Origin: Desulfobacterales bacterium
GTDB taxonomy: Bacteria > Desulfobacterota > Desulfobacteria > Desulfobacterales > UBA5852
DNA length: 64,000 nt
Assembly: GCA_963674755.2 (NCBI GenBank)
Contig: CAXXVS010000003.1
Coordinates: forward strand, 1,504,001-1,568,000
Direction of reading: 5' to 3'
A program made the position numbers and the translations under genes. Numbering within the stretch: position 1 is the stretch's first letter; the number at the start of each line of letters is the position of its first letter. A model generated the notes under the pieces. It searched no databases. It was given only the letters and a program-made list of their open reading frames with translations, and had not been told where the DNA came from. Positions 28,396 through 38,406 of the stretch are shown one piece after another.

Positions 28396-30093
28396 TTGAA
28401 AGTCAAAACCAAAGCCGCTATTCAGGTTGTCGACAGCGATGCGGCGCCGGCCGCTTTTTCCGGCACGAGTCCCCCGAAGGCAAAGGACGCTAATGTGACG
28501 CCCCTGGCGTATTTCAGCCGCTCCCTTTTAGAGGCCGATCAGGATTTCGGCACGGCCTTCATGGTCGTCAACCGGATTCAGGAGCTCCTGAAGAAGGAGC
28601 GCCACGTGCCGGCGGACAGTGTTTTGCAGGCCTGTGAGCGGGTGTGGCAAACCCCGGCCTACCGGGACCAGAAACAGGCCTATTTTCTCTACCGCTCCGT
28701 GTCGGATACCGCGCAGCAGGTGATGATGGGCGCCCTTCACAAGGAAGAAGCCGTTGCGCGGCGGGTGCTCGATCTGCTTTTGTCCGGTCTGGCCTCTCCC
28801 CACGAAAGTCTCCGCCGGGCGGCCTGCGAAGGGCTGGGGATGCTGCCCCTGGCGGTTGACCGCCGCCTGCCGCCCGAACCGGAGACAAGGCCCTCCCTGC
28901 CGGCGGCGCTGCCGGTGCTCGACCAGGACTGGCTGGCCAGGCGCAACATCCGGACCATAAACGGCTGGTCCTGGGCGGGCCGCAGCCTGCGTGCGCCGAC
29001 CCGATCAGGGGCGATCCTGGTGGTCAAGTGCCTGCGCAAGGGTGAAGATCCCGCTGCACTGCAGCGGGAAGCCGCCTGGATGCAGCATCTGGCCGGTTGC
29101 GCACATCGGCTGAAGCGTCCCTTTCACATCCCCCAGCCTTTGGAACACAGGGACGGCTGGCTGGTGCGCACCCCCCGGTCCCTTGCCCGGGGCGGGACCG
29201 AAGCCTCCCTGCATCCCAAAGGGTATGCCCTGGCGTTTCTGGCCCCGTCCGATTATTTTAGCTATCCCAACGAAGCCTCGCCGGACCGCCGCCTGGGGGC
29301 GGCGGCGATTTGCGAAGTTTTGGGCCGCAATGCCTACCTCATGGGCCGGCTCACGGCCCTGGGCATCGCCCATACGGCGCCGATCCCCCTGTTTCACAAC
29401 CGGGCCCAGGGTCATCGGCGGGAAGATGAGGGGCACTATCGCTGGACCCACCGTGGACGGCTGGACCGCTGGCTGGCCTCCTGCCGCCACCCCAATTTCG
29501 GGGTGAGCGGTCTGCGGGATTTCGAACACTTCGCTGCCGTGGCGGGGCGCCGCCGCTACGAGGTCATCGGCAGCCACCTGATCAGCCTGCTCCTGGTGGC
29601 CGGCAGCTATTTCCGCCAGAAAGCGCCCCGGCGGGTGGGTTTCGATACCGCCGGCCGGCCGGTGGATGCCCGGGATCTCTTCGACCGCGGTCTTCTGAAG
29701 ACGATCGTCGCGGAAATCTGGCAGAGCTATGCCGAAGGCTTCAGCGGCGCGGCCCCGGCGGAGAGCCCCCCTCACATCCCCGCGAATCTCATCGATCGCA
29801 TGATCGACGAGATGGGCGTGGACCGGCACATGGAAGAGATTCTCAGAGTGGCGGACCAGGAGGCCATGAGCCGTCCCATGTTTTTATCCTTTCTCCAGTC
29901 CCGGGGCTTTTCCCTCGCCCAGTCCCAGGGGCTTACCCAGGGCCGGGCCGATATCCCACTGATGACCGGTCCCCACCTGGGGGGATTCAACCAGCCGATC
30001 TCACTGCCGGAACTGATCGATTTCGCTGCCGCCGGGGCGGCGCACTGCGTAGCGGAACGGTTTCGCAACGAGAACGTTCTGGCAAGCAGGTGA
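28396..30093 (+). CDS. SidJ-related pseudokinase
   Basis: GRSL, LVVK, PLFHNR...RREDEGHY, GRLDRW, PNFGVSGLRDFEH and HLGGFNQP, matching the Legionella SidJ motif order as I recall it; AAGGAG RBS before TTG 28396. Confidence 0.8.
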   Translation: MKVKTKAAIQVVDSDAAPAAFSGTSPPKAKDANVTPLAYFSRSLLEADQDFGTAFMVVNRIQELLKKERHVPADSVLQACERVWQTPAYRDQKQAYFLYRSVSDTAQQVMMGALHKEEAVARRVLDLLLSGLASPHESLRRAACEGLGMLPLAVDRRLPPEPETRPSLPAALPVLDQDWLARRNIRTINGWSWAGRSLRAPTRSGAILVVKCLRKGEDPAALQREAAWMQHLAGCAHRLKRPFHIPQPLEHRDGWLVRTPRSLARGGTEASLHPKGYALAFLAPSDYFSYPNEASPDRRLGAAAICEVLGRNAYLMGRLTALGIAHTAPIPLFHNRAQGHRREDEGHYRWTHRGRLDRWLASCRHPNFGVSGLRDFEHFAAVAGRRRYEVIGSHLISLLLVAGSYFRQKAPRRVGFDTAGRPVDARDLFDRGLLKTIVAEIWQSYAEGFSGAAPAESPPHIPANLIDRMIDEMGVDRHMEEILRVADQEAMSRPMFLSFLQSRGFSLAQSQGLTQGRADIPLMTGPHLGGFNQPISLPELIDFAAAGAAHCVAERFRNENVLASR

Positions 30094-30282
30094 CATCCAT
30101 TTCTTCCTTGCCCAAACCAAGGCGCGCTCAACCCGCTAATAGTATTTGACAGACAGAAAAGCGCCTTATAACGTTCAGGAAAACCATTTTGATCATCTTT
30201 TGATGCGCTTTGTTTTCACCGGAAAGACCGGCTGCCACGAGAAGAAACGCGACCTTGCCAACCGAAAAGATGTGAATACGTC

Positions 30283-31728
30283 ATGAAAAATTGTTCGCGA
30301 AACGCAAAGCGCGGCATCGGAACGCTTATAACAGCGGTGGTGGTGTTGATGGGCCTGACGGGCTGTACCCTGGGGCCGAATTTCGTCAAACCGGACATGA
30401 CCCCGCCGGAAGCCTATCGGACCGACATCATGCCCGCCACGTCGGCCGACGATTTGAAATGGTGGGAGCTGTTCGACGATCCGATGCTCTACGACCTGGT
30501 CACCACCGCCCTGGCCAACAACAAGGATATCGGGATCGCCGTCAGCCGGATGGAAGAGGCCCGGGCCTCCCTGGGGTTCACCCGCGCCGACCAGTTCCCC
30601 CAGCTGGATCTGCAGGGCGGCGCCAACCGCGGCACCTTTTCGGGAGGGGTGCGCAGCGAGGATACCAACTACTACGCCTATATCGCACCGGTTTTGAGCT
30701 GGGAGATCGATTTCTGGGGCAAATACCGGCGGGCCACCGAATCGGCCCGGGCGACCCTGCTCGCTTCGGAATATGCGGTCAAAACCGTGCAGCTGGCCCT
30801 GGTTTCCGAAGTGGCCTCGGCCTATTATATCCTGCTCGACTTTCACCAGCGGCTGGCCATTTCCAGGGCAACGCTGGAATCGCGTAAGGAGAGCCTGCGC
30901 ATCATCCGGCTGCGGTTTGAAAAGGGCACCGTGCCGGAAATCGACCTGAATCAGGCCCAGATTCAACTGGAGGTCGCCGTGGAGGCCATCCCCCTCTACG
31001 AACGCCAGATCGCCAATACGGAAAACGCGTTGAGCATCCTGCTGGGTCGGATGCCCGCCGCAGTCCCCACCGGAGCGAAGCTGCAGGATCAGGCCCTGCC
31101 GCCGGACATACCGGCCGGTATTCCTGCGGCGGTCTTGACCCGCCGGCCGGATATCGCCCAGGCCATGTATGCCCTGCAAGCCCAGAACGCCCGAATCGGG
31201 GTGGCCCAGGCCCTGCGCCTGCCGGCCGTCAGCCTGACCGGGCTGCTGGGGCTGGCCACCAGCGAGGTGTCCGGTATCCAGTCGGACGGGGGTGTCTGGG
31301 CGGTGGGGGGCAGCCTGCTGGGCCCCATCTACGACTTCGGCAAGAGCCGCAGCCGGGTGGACATCGAGAAGGCGCTTACGCAGCAGTCGCGCTATACCTA
31401 TGAAAAGGCCGTGCTGACGGCCTTTCGCGAAGTGGATGACGCCTTGACGGATATCGATTCCCTTAAACGGCAGACCGCCTCCATCGAGCGGCGTCTGAAG
31501 GCGGCCACCAACGCCAATTTTCTATCCAAGGCGCGCTATGACAGGGGGGTTACCAGCTACCTCGAGGTCCTGGACAGCGAGCGTGCCCTGTTTGAGGTGG
31601 AATTGGGAAATTCGGAGCGGCGCCGGCAGCTCTTTAACGCCTACGTGCAGCTCTACAAGGCGCTGGGCGGCGGTTGGCTGACGAAGGAGGCCATGACCGA
31701 GGCGGAAGCGGTGCCGGCCGGTCCCTAA
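30283..31728 (+). CDS. Efflux outer-membrane factor lipoprotein (NodT/OprM family)
   Basis: Lipobox LTGC; WWELFDDP, SWEIDFWGK, RRPDI, LYKALGGGW. Confidence 0.92.
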   Translation: MKNCSRNAKRGIGTLITAVVVLMGLTGCTLGPNFVKPDMTPPEAYRTDIMPATSADDLKWWELFDDPMLYDLVTTALANNKDIGIAVSRMEEARASLGFTRADQFPQLDLQGGANRGTFSGGVRSEDTNYYAYIAPVLSWEIDFWGKYRRATESARATLLASEYAVKTVQLALVSEVASAYYILLDFHQRLAISRATLESRKESLRIIRLRFEKGTVPEIDLNQAQIQLEVAVEAIPLYERQIANTENALSILLGRMPAAVPTGAKLQDQALPPDIPAGIPAAVLTRRPDIAQAMYALQAQNARIGVAQALRLPAVSLTGLLGLATSEVSGIQSDGGVWAVGGSLLGPIYDFGKSRSRVDIEKALTQQSRYTYEKAVLTAFREVDDALTDIDSLKRQTASIERRLKAATNANFLSKARYDRGVTSYLEVLDSERALFEVELGNSERRRQLFNAYVQLYKALGGGWLTKEAMTEAEAVPAGP

Positions 31729-31799
31729 AACCTAAAGCTTATTGACCATAGAAGTGTTGAGCGTAGCGGTCTGTTCGCTGGACAGGCCGCTGCTTTTGT

Positions 31800-33062
31800 T
31801 CAGGAGTACTGGAAGTTCTTCGAATTGAAAAGGGTCAGGCAGGCCTGCACCCCATGGGGGTCGTAGAGCCGGCCGCTGTTCTGGCGGATTTCCGCCAGGG
31901 CCACGTCGCGCCCGCGCCCCGGCCGGTAGGGCCGATGAGATTCGATGGTTTCCACCACATCCGCGATGCACAGGATGCGGGCCTCCAGCAGGATGTTCTC
32001 CCCGGCCAGGCCGTGGGGATAGCCGGAACCGTTGAGCCGCTCGTGGTGCTGCAGGACGATTTGATCCACTGCCCAGGGGAAGTCGAACTGCTTCAGGATG
32101 TCGTAGCCCACCTGGGGATGGCGCTGGATGAGCTGGAATTCGACATTGTTGAGGCCCCCGGGTTTGCTCAGGATCTCGGCCGGGATGGCGATCTTGCCCA
32201 TGTCGTGGATCAGGCCGGCCATGCGCAACCCCTTGCACTGGTGCTCGGAGAGTCCCATCTCCCGGCCTAACGCCACCGCCAGCTCGGTGGCCCGCCGTTG
32301 GTGGCCGGCGGTGTAGGGATCGCGTTCTTCGACGGTCAGGGACATGGCCCGCACCATCTCGTCCAGGTTGTTCTCCAACTGGTTGTAGCTCTGCTTGAGC
32401 TTGAATTCGGCCAGCTTGCGCTCCACGATTTCCTGCTTGAGCTGCTTGTTGAGCAGGGTCAGCTCGGAGGTCCGCTTGAGGACCATGGATTCCAGGTGAT
32501 CGTGGTGCCGCTTGAGTTCGTCCTCGGCCTCCATCTCCTTGGAGACCACGGTCAGCATGCCTAGGGAGAGGCTGATGCGGTCCCGGAAATGGAATTCGAT
32601 ATTGGCCTGGTCCTTGACCCAGACGACCCGGCCGTCCCGGGTGACGATCTTGTAGACCGCCTCGATGGCGCCTTCCTTTTTGCATTCCTCGCGCAATTCT
32701 TCCCGAACGTTGTCCAGTTCGGCCCGGCTCTGGACGTGTTTGTAAATGCCCGGATCCGTTTCGAGGGATTTATAGACACGGCGGTCCACCACGCAATCGC
32801 GAAAGACATTGGCCACTTCGGAGGGGGCGCAGCCCAGCAATTCCAGAAAGGTTTGGCTGACGTACTCGTACCAGAGCTCTGTTTCCTGGCTCTGCCAGGC
32901 GGAGATATAAAAAATACCGGCAATGCCGGTTTCTTCAAACGCCTGATAGCTGTCGATGGCTTCCACCAGCCGCCGTTTCAGTTCGACGCTGTAGTAGCCG
33001 TGGAGGATGCGTCCGCTGTAGTTGCGCGGCGTGTAGTAAAGGCCTTTGTTGGGGTCTCCCAT
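31800..33062 (-). CDS. HD-GYP c-di-GMP phosphodiesterase with PAS-like N-terminus
   Basis: RDPYTAGHQRR, HDMGK, HHERLNGSGYP, HRPYR. Confidence 0.92.
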   Translation of the reverse strand: MGDPNKGLYYTPRNYSGRILHGYYSVELKRRLVEAIDSYQAFEETGIAGIFYISAWQSQETELWYEYVSQTFLELLGCAPSEVANVFRDCVVDRRVYKSLETDPGIYKHVQSRAELDNVREELREECKKEGAIEAVYKIVTRDGRVVWVKDQANIEFHFRDRISLSLGMLTVVSKEMEAEDELKRHHDHLESMVLKRTSELTLLNKQLKQEIVERKLAEFKLKQSYNQLENNLDEMVRAMSLTVEERDPYTAGHQRRATELAVALGREMGLSEHQCKGLRMAGLIHDMGKIAIPAEILSKPGGLNNVEFQLIQRHPQVGYDILKQFDFPWAVDQIVLQHHERLNGSGYPHGLAGENILLEARILCIADVVETIESHRPYRPGRGRDVALAEIRQNSGRLYDPHGVQACLTLFNSKNFQYS

Positions 33063-33326
33063 AGGGGGGTCAATCCTCGTCCAGAAGTGTCGCCTGTATC
33101 CGCTTCAGATATGGTCCTTTCTGTCAGATGGTTTTGCCACTTTGCGGCGCAATGCGCAATAGCATTTTCGCGTCGGAGGAAATCGGGAGCTTCCACGGCA
33201 GGCCCCGCCGGAAAAAGGTTGCGTGCCGGCGGCGGCCCTGTTATGCGCTCAATCCGGGTTGGCTATTTCGGCACGGCCGCGGTGGGCGGCGCTATTTTCA
33301 TCGCATACGGCAAAGGGGCCTGATCC

Positions 33327-33959
33327 ATGGATCCCCAAATCTGGACCTATCTGATTCCCATTACGCTGCTAACTTTGACGCCGGGGGTGGACACCGTCCT
33401 GATCATCCGCAACACCACCCGGGGAGGCTGGTGGGACGGGGCCTTGAGCAGCCTGGGAATCTGTTGCGGGCTGTTCGTGCACGCCACGGTGTCGGCCGTG
33501 GGGATTTCCATGATTCTGCTGCAGTCCGCCTGGGCTTTCCAGGCCCTCAAACTGGCCGGGGCCGCCTATCTGGGATGGCTGGGGATCGCCAGCCTGCGCA
33601 ATGCGGCCCGCAAGGGGGAGATTCCTCAAATGAACGGCCGGACCGGACCGGTCCACCGCTTCAGCGTGCGCCGCTCCCTGATGGAGGGATTCCTTTCGAA
33701 CGTGCTGAACCCCAAGGCCGTGGTCTTCTACATGGCCTTTCTGCCCCAGTTCATCGATCCCTCGCGCTCGGCCCTCAAGCAGTCCCTCTTCCTGGCCGGG
33801 TTGCATTTTGCCATCGCCATGGTGTGGCAGTGCCTCCTGGCCTCCATCGTCGATCGGGCCAAGGCCTGGATGAAAAGCCAGAAGATCCGGCGCGGCATGG
33901 ACGGCCTGACCGGCTCGATCATGCTGTTCTTCGGAATCAAGCTGGCCCTGGATCGATAG
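33327..33959 (+). CDS. LysE/RhtB family translocator
   Basis: TPGVD, GAAYLGWLG, NVLNPKA..F. Confidence 0.92.
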   Translation: MDPQIWTYLIPITLLTLTPGVDTVLIIRNTTRGGWWDGALSSLGICCGLFVHATVSAVGISMILLQSAWAFQALKLAGAAYLGWLGIASLRNAARKGEIPQMNGRTGPVHRFSVRRSLMEGFLSNVLNPKAVVFYMAFLPQFIDPSRSALKQSLFLAGLHFAIAMVWQCLLASIVDRAKAWMKSQKIRRGMDGLTGSIMLFFGIKLALDR

Positions 33960-34149
33960 TGTCCGTCCAGAGGTGGCATCTTTCGATCCCGGCCGGCGTT
34001 CTCACTCATTGGAAATCCTCGCCGTAGCCCAGCTACGCCTCCGGTTTCCACCCCCAGCGGGGTTGAATCAGACGGGAAGTCCCGCCAAGCGGGACAAATC
34101 GCTGCGGCCTTGGCCGGAACCAAAATCTACCACCTCTGGACGGACAATA
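33957..34149 (+). repeat. MITE-like repeat family 1, copy 3 (perfect 17-bp TIR, nested insert)
   Basis: TGTCCGTCCAGAGGTGG (33960-33976) / CCACCTCTGGACGGACA (34130-34146); TA at both ends. Confidence 0.85.
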
Positions 34150-34417
34150 GATAGACCGGCCGCGCCGAAGGCACGGCTGCTCCCCGTCTTGCAAGGCAAC
34201 CGGTTTGGTACGAAAGCAGGCCGACCCCCTAATTACGAATAAAATTCAACACCTTAAATTGCGGACCCGGAGAAATTTTACCGATGCTGGGCGCGGGACA
34301 AAGGGGAACCTGAAAAGCAAAAGCTAAAAACCGGTTTCATGGCTCGTTTAGAGAGGGCTAACTGAAGCCTCCGGCTATACGAGAGAAGACTTACTGAATA
34401 AGGCCACTTAGCTCTTT

Positions 34418-36163
34418 TCAGGCTTGGGTTTTTGCCAGGCTTTCGATGGCGCTTGCGTAGGACGATACCAGCGCATCGAGGTAGTGGGGATCGGTTTTGC
34501 CCTTCCAGGTGGTGACCTCCAGATAGCGTTTGGGAATCTGTACCTGGGCGGGCTTGAATCCCGTCGCCAGGCGGAGCTGCCAACGTTTTTGCTGAATGCC
34601 GCGGGCCAGGCCGTCCAGATTGTCCGCCAGAGCGGTATACCCCAGGGTGGCGAGGCATTCCTGCAGCAATTCCGGCGTGTAGACCTTGCGGGCAAACAGG
34701 CAGGACACCATGGAGGTCAGCAGGACACGGGCCTGCTCGTCGGCCACCAGGAAGGCCACGGCCTGGTCCACGTCCTGTTCGTCATGCTTCTGGTCGTAGG
34801 CATAGCCGCCGGTGTCCAGGTGGGAGTGGCGAAAACCCAGGGACTGGGCCGTATAAAAGACTTCGCCGGTGGCGTAGCCGGCCATTTCCTGGCCCAGCAC
34901 GCAGGCAAAGTCTCCGCCGCCGTAATGCCCGGCGGCCGCCAGGGTGCCCCGGCCCAGCAGGCGGTAGAAGTCGTTGGCGGCCCGGCCCAGGTGGGCCATG
35001 GCCTGCCTGAAGCCCCCGGCGTCCCCGAAGGCCAGCGGCACGATGGTCTCCTTCTCCGAGATCAGCCCCTTTGCCGTGGCCTCGGTGGCCCAGGCCAGGG
35101 CCACCCCGGCGCTCATGACGTCCAGGCCCATCTTCTCCACCACGTCCATGATCCCCAGCACGGCAAAGGCATCGGTGACGCCCAGCATGGTGCCGGTGGC
35201 GAAGATGGGTTCGTAGTCATAGGCCACCTGGCGGTAGAGGTACTGATTTTCCGCCATGAATTTTTCCCGCAGAAAGCCCACGTGGATACAGCCCACCGGA
35301 CATCCGGCACAGGCCGCACTGCGCAGCAGGGTTTCGTCGGCAAACCGGTCGCCGGTCACGCCTGCGATGGCCGTATCGGAGGTCTGCTGGAGGTTGCGCC
35401 AGGGCAGGGATTTGAGGCCGTCCAGGGTTTCCAGGTTCGCGGCCGTTCCCAGGTTGTGATATTTGCTCATCATGTCGGTGGTGGTCAGCCGGCTGTAGAC
35501 GTCCTGGAACAGCTTGCGGTAGGCCTTGCCTTCGGGCAGGGGGAAGGCGGCATCCCCTTCGATCACGATGCCCTTGAGGTTTTTGGCGCCCATGACGGCG
35601 CCGGCCCCCAGCCGCCCGAAGTGCCGGTAGGTGTCCACATTGATGCCGGCCATGGCGGCCCGGTTTTCTCCGGCCGGGCCGATGCGCAGGATACTGCGGT
35701 GGCCGGCGCCCGGGTACATGCGGCGCAGCATCTTGCCGGCCTCGTCCACCTCCAGCCCCCACAGGTAGTGCACGTCCTGAAGGTCGATATGATGCCCCCC
35801 GACGGCCAGACAGGACGGGGCGGGCGCCTGCCCGGTGATCACCAGGGCATCCAGATCGGCAAAGCGCAGGGCCAGGGCCGAACGCCCGCCGGCATGGCTT
35901 TCGGCGTACTGGTCGTGGTAGGGCGACTTGAAGGCGCACACGGTTTTGCTCATGAGGGGGAAATAGCCGGTGAGGGGACCGATGGCCAGGATCAGGGGCT
36001 GGTCCGGATCGTCCCAGGGCTGGTCGGGCCGTCCGTAGGTCTCGAACAGCAGGGCCGCCAGCCCGCTGCCGCCGGCATAGTGGTCGCGCCCCTCCAGCGA
36101 GACGATCCGGCTTCGGTCGGTGGTCAGGTTGACGGTCATCACACGGAAAGCATCGCGGATCAT
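34418..36163 (-). CDS. aor: Aldehyde:ferredoxin oxidoreductase family (W/Mo) protein
   Basis: KSP...AESHAGG, IGPAGEN, GRLGAGAVMGAKNLK, CAGCPVGC, DYEP, MGLDVMSAG. Confidence 0.92.
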   Translation of the reverse strand: MIRDAFRVMTVNLTTDRSRIVSLEGRDHYAGGSGLAALLFETYGRPDQPWDDPDQPLILAIGPLTGYFPLMSKTVCAFKSPYHDQYAESHAGGRSALALRFADLDALVITGQAPAPSCLAVGGHHIDLQDVHYLWGLEVDEAGKMLRRMYPGAGHRSILRIGPAGENRAAMAGINVDTYRHFGRLGAGAVMGAKNLKGIVIEGDAAFPLPEGKAYRKLFQDVYSRLTTTDMMSKYHNLGTAANLETLDGLKSLPWRNLQQTSDTAIAGVTGDRFADETLLRSAACAGCPVGCIHVGFLREKFMAENQYLYRQVAYDYEPIFATGTMLGVTDAFAVLGIMDVVEKMGLDVMSAGVALAWATEATAKGLISEKETIVPLAFGDAGGFRQAMAHLGRAANDFYRLLGRGTLAAAGHYGGGDFACVLGQEMAGYATGEVFYTAQSLGFRHSHLDTGGYAYDQKHDEQDVDQAVAFLVADEQARVLLTSMVSCLFARKVYTPELLQECLATLGYTALADNLDGLARGIQQKRWQLRLATGFKPAQVQIPKRYLEVTTWKGKTDPHYLDALVSSYASAIESLAKTQA

Positions 36164-36597
36164 GGGGTGGCCTCCTTACCCGTTTCAGGGGCACCGCCGC
36201 CTGTCGCCGCCATCTCCAGACAGGCGTGGGGGCAGAAGGATACGCAGCGGCCGCAATGGATGCAGACAAAGGGTTCGCCGGTATTGTCCAGATAGATGGC
36301 GTCCACCGGGCAGGCCTCGGCGCAATCGCCGCAATGGATGCAGAGCGACTTTTTGACCGTCACGCCGCCCCCCCTGCGCTGGATAAGGGCCCCCGTGGGG
36401 CAGGCCGCCGCGCAAGGGGCCGGATCGCAGGCCATACAGTTGATGGCGGTGAAGCCGCTGGACAGGCCTCCCGAGGATTGGATGCGGATGCCGGCCGTCA
36501 GCCAGGACAGGTTTCCGTGCACCAGCCGGGCGCAGGCCAGGGAGCAGGAGTAGCACCCGATACAGCGTTCCATGTGGGGGGTGGTGAGGATTTTCAT
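36160..36597 (-). CDS. 4Fe-4S dicluster subunit of the AOR
   Basis: Four Cys-cluster motifs (CIGCYSC...C, CMAC...CP, CIHCGDC...CP, CIHCGRC...CP); overlaps the AOR start. Confidence 0.9.
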   Translation of the reverse strand: MKILTTPHMERCIGCYSCSLACARLVHGNLSWLTAGIRIQSSGGLSSGFTAINCMACDPAPCAAACPTGALIQRRGGGVTVKKSLCIHCGDCAEACPVDAIYLDNTGEPFVCIHCGRCVSFCPHACLEMAATGGGAPETGKEATP

Positions 36598-36660
36598 GCG
36601 CTATTTTCCCCAACGACAAAGCAAATTTTTTATGGTTCCTTCTTGCAGCAATATAGCCGG

Positions 36661-36803
36661 AATATCCAATTCAGAAATGTGGATTTTGGGCTCTGATCAA
36701 GGCCGCACAAGGGTTTATGGTGAGGCGTACTCTGGTACGCCGCAGCCTTAAACCCGCGGAGAACGCCGAGCAGGGCCCAAAAGACCATTTCTGGATGGAT
36801 ATT
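36661..36803 (-). repeat. MITE-like repeat family 1, copy 4 (diverged, inverted)
   Basis: Minus strand AATATCCATCCAGAAATGG..CGGCGTTCTC..GCGTA..TACGCC..GCGGCCTTG..CAAAAT..CATTTCTG; starts at the fba stop codon. Confidence 0.7.
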
Positions 36804-37782
36804 AGATTCGGTTGGCGCTGCCAAGCACCTTTTCGTTTTTATATTTGACCATTTCAATCAAAGCATCCCGGGCCGGGCCGAGATATTTGCGGGGGTCGAA
36901 TTCACCCGGATTTTCGGCCAGTACTTTGCGGATGGCGGCCGTCATGGCCAGGCGGCCGTCGCTGTCGATATTGATCTTGCACACCGCCGATTGGGCCGCC
37001 TGCCGGAGCTGGCTTTCAGGAATGCCCACGGCGTCGTCCATCCGGCCGCCGTACCGGTTGATTTGGGCCACGTATTCCGGCATGACCGAAGAGGCACCGT
37101 GCAGCACGATGGGAAACCCGGGCACCCGCCGGGCCACCGCATCCAGGATGTCGAAGCGCAGCGGCGGCGGTTCTTCGCCTGGTTTGACCTTGAACTTGTA
37201 AGCCCCGTGGGAGGTGCCGATGGAGATGGCCAGGCTGTCCACGCCGGTCTGCCCCACGAATTCTTCCACTTCTTCAGGTCGCGTGTAATGGGAGTGTTCG
37301 GAGGCCACCTCGTCCTCGATGCCGGCCAGCACTCCCAGTTCACCTTCCACCGTAACGTCGAAATCATGGGCGATGTCCACCACCCGGCGTGTGAGGTCCA
37401 TGTTTTCCTGAAAAGCCAGGTGGGAGCCGTCGATCATGACGGATGAGAAGCCGCTCTCGATGCAGTCCCGGCACAACTCGAACGAGCTGCCGTGGTCCAG
37501 GTGGAGCGCAATGGGGATGGGATGTCCCAGGGCTTCCGCCATGGCCACCGCGCCCACGGCCAGGTGGGGCAGCATGGCCGGATGGGCATATTGGCGGGCG
37601 CTGCCGGAAACCTGCAGGATTACCGGGGACTTGGTTGCCACACAGCCCGTAACGATGGCCTGGAGCTGTTCCATGTTGTTGAAATTGTAGGCCGGGACGG
37701 CAAACCCCTCGTCCATGGCCTGCTGGAACATCTCGGCCGTGTTTACCAGGCCCAGATCGGGATAGTAAAGTTTGTGGATCAT
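36802..37782 (-). CDS. fba: Class II fructose-1,6-bisphosphate aldolase
   Basis: LHLDHG, SVMIDGS, VEGELG, GTSHGAYK, VLHGASS, KINIDSD. Confidence 0.95.
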   Translation of the reverse strand: MIHKLYYPDLGLVNTAEMFQQAMDEGFAVPAYNFNNMEQLQAIVTGCVATKSPVILQVSGSARQYAHPAMLPHLAVGAVAMAEALGHPIPIALHLDHGSSFELCRDCIESGFSSVMIDGSHLAFQENMDLTRRVVDIAHDFDVTVEGELGVLAGIEDEVASEHSHYTRPEEVEEFVGQTGVDSLAISIGTSHGAYKFKVKPGEEPPPLRFDILDAVARRVPGFPIVLHGASSVMPEYVAQINRYGGRMDDAVGIPESQLRQAAQSAVCKINIDSDGRLAMTAAIRKVLAENPGEFDPRKYLGPARDALIEMVKYKNEKVLGSANRI

Positions 37783-38148
37783 GGTAGCGACTCCTGTGTC
37801 ATAGAAAATGGTGGTGTGCCCGGAACCTGCGACCGGGTGATTTGATTGCAGGCCAATTCGGTCATTGTGAGGCCGTATGCAACGGTTTCGGCTGGATTAT
37901 GGACGTGAGCGCTCTGGTTGATGACGACCGCGAACGGTGACTGGCTGTCTTGGGAATCGACCTTGCAAGCGTTTGGTGCCATATGCGGCGCCCATGGGTT
38001 TGACATGCCGCATCAGGCCAAAACTCATAACATAAAAAAATGCTACCGGCCGTCGCGAAAGTCAAATAGCAAATCCGGGGAATACATAATGCGCACCATG
38101 ATGAATAAAGGATAACGTTTCGCTGGGAATCTCATTGTTCTTTGAATA

Positions 38149-38252
38149 TGATGAATTCATAAATCGCCTCTGAGGGTGTTGTTTATGTCGTCCCCGCGCG
38201 CAGGGATTCAGCAACTTGCTGAAAGTCCTGGACTCCCGCGCAGGCGTGACAG
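38149..38252 (+). repeat. MITE/REP-like repeat family 2, decayed copy
   Basis: GATGAATTCATAAA...GTGTTGTTTATGTCGTCCCCGCGC...CTGGACTCCCGCGCAGGCGTGAC. Confidence 0.6.
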
Positions 38253-38342
38253 CCCAGGGGCGTTGAACGGTGCCCATCGGATATGGCCGGGGAAGCGGGA
38301 TGGCAGACAGGCCAAACACACCCCTCGACGGGAAGGGTTATA

Positions 38343-38370
38343 TTGACATTGCATTGGGTTATGGTAGCTT
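38343..38370 (+). promoter_or_regulatory. Sigma70-like promoter at the head of the accessory gene run
   Basis: TTGACA-N16-TAGCTT with extended TG. Confidence 0.5.
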
Positions 38371-38406
38371 GTGCAGAATTCCCAGGTGTCCTTTTTTATA
38401 ATATTG

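Noticed and set aside
33973..34242. Short ORFs similar to each other at 28139-28363, 33728-34123 and 33973-34242
   Set aside because: The similarity comes from translating the repeat element, not from a protein family.
34278..34395. Possible c-di-GMP-I riboswitch (AAGCCTCCGGC) near the HD-GYP gene
   Set aside because: Lacks the GGCAAAC/GNRA-loop architecture and is not upstream of a co-oriented gene.
34424..36295. 623-aa + strand ORF (and similar long antisense ORFs at 6023-7429, 21958-23283, 48143-49462, 49694-50917, 60639-61958)
   Set aside because: Shadow frames opposite well-supported genes, expected from high-GC codon bias; no recognisable motifs.
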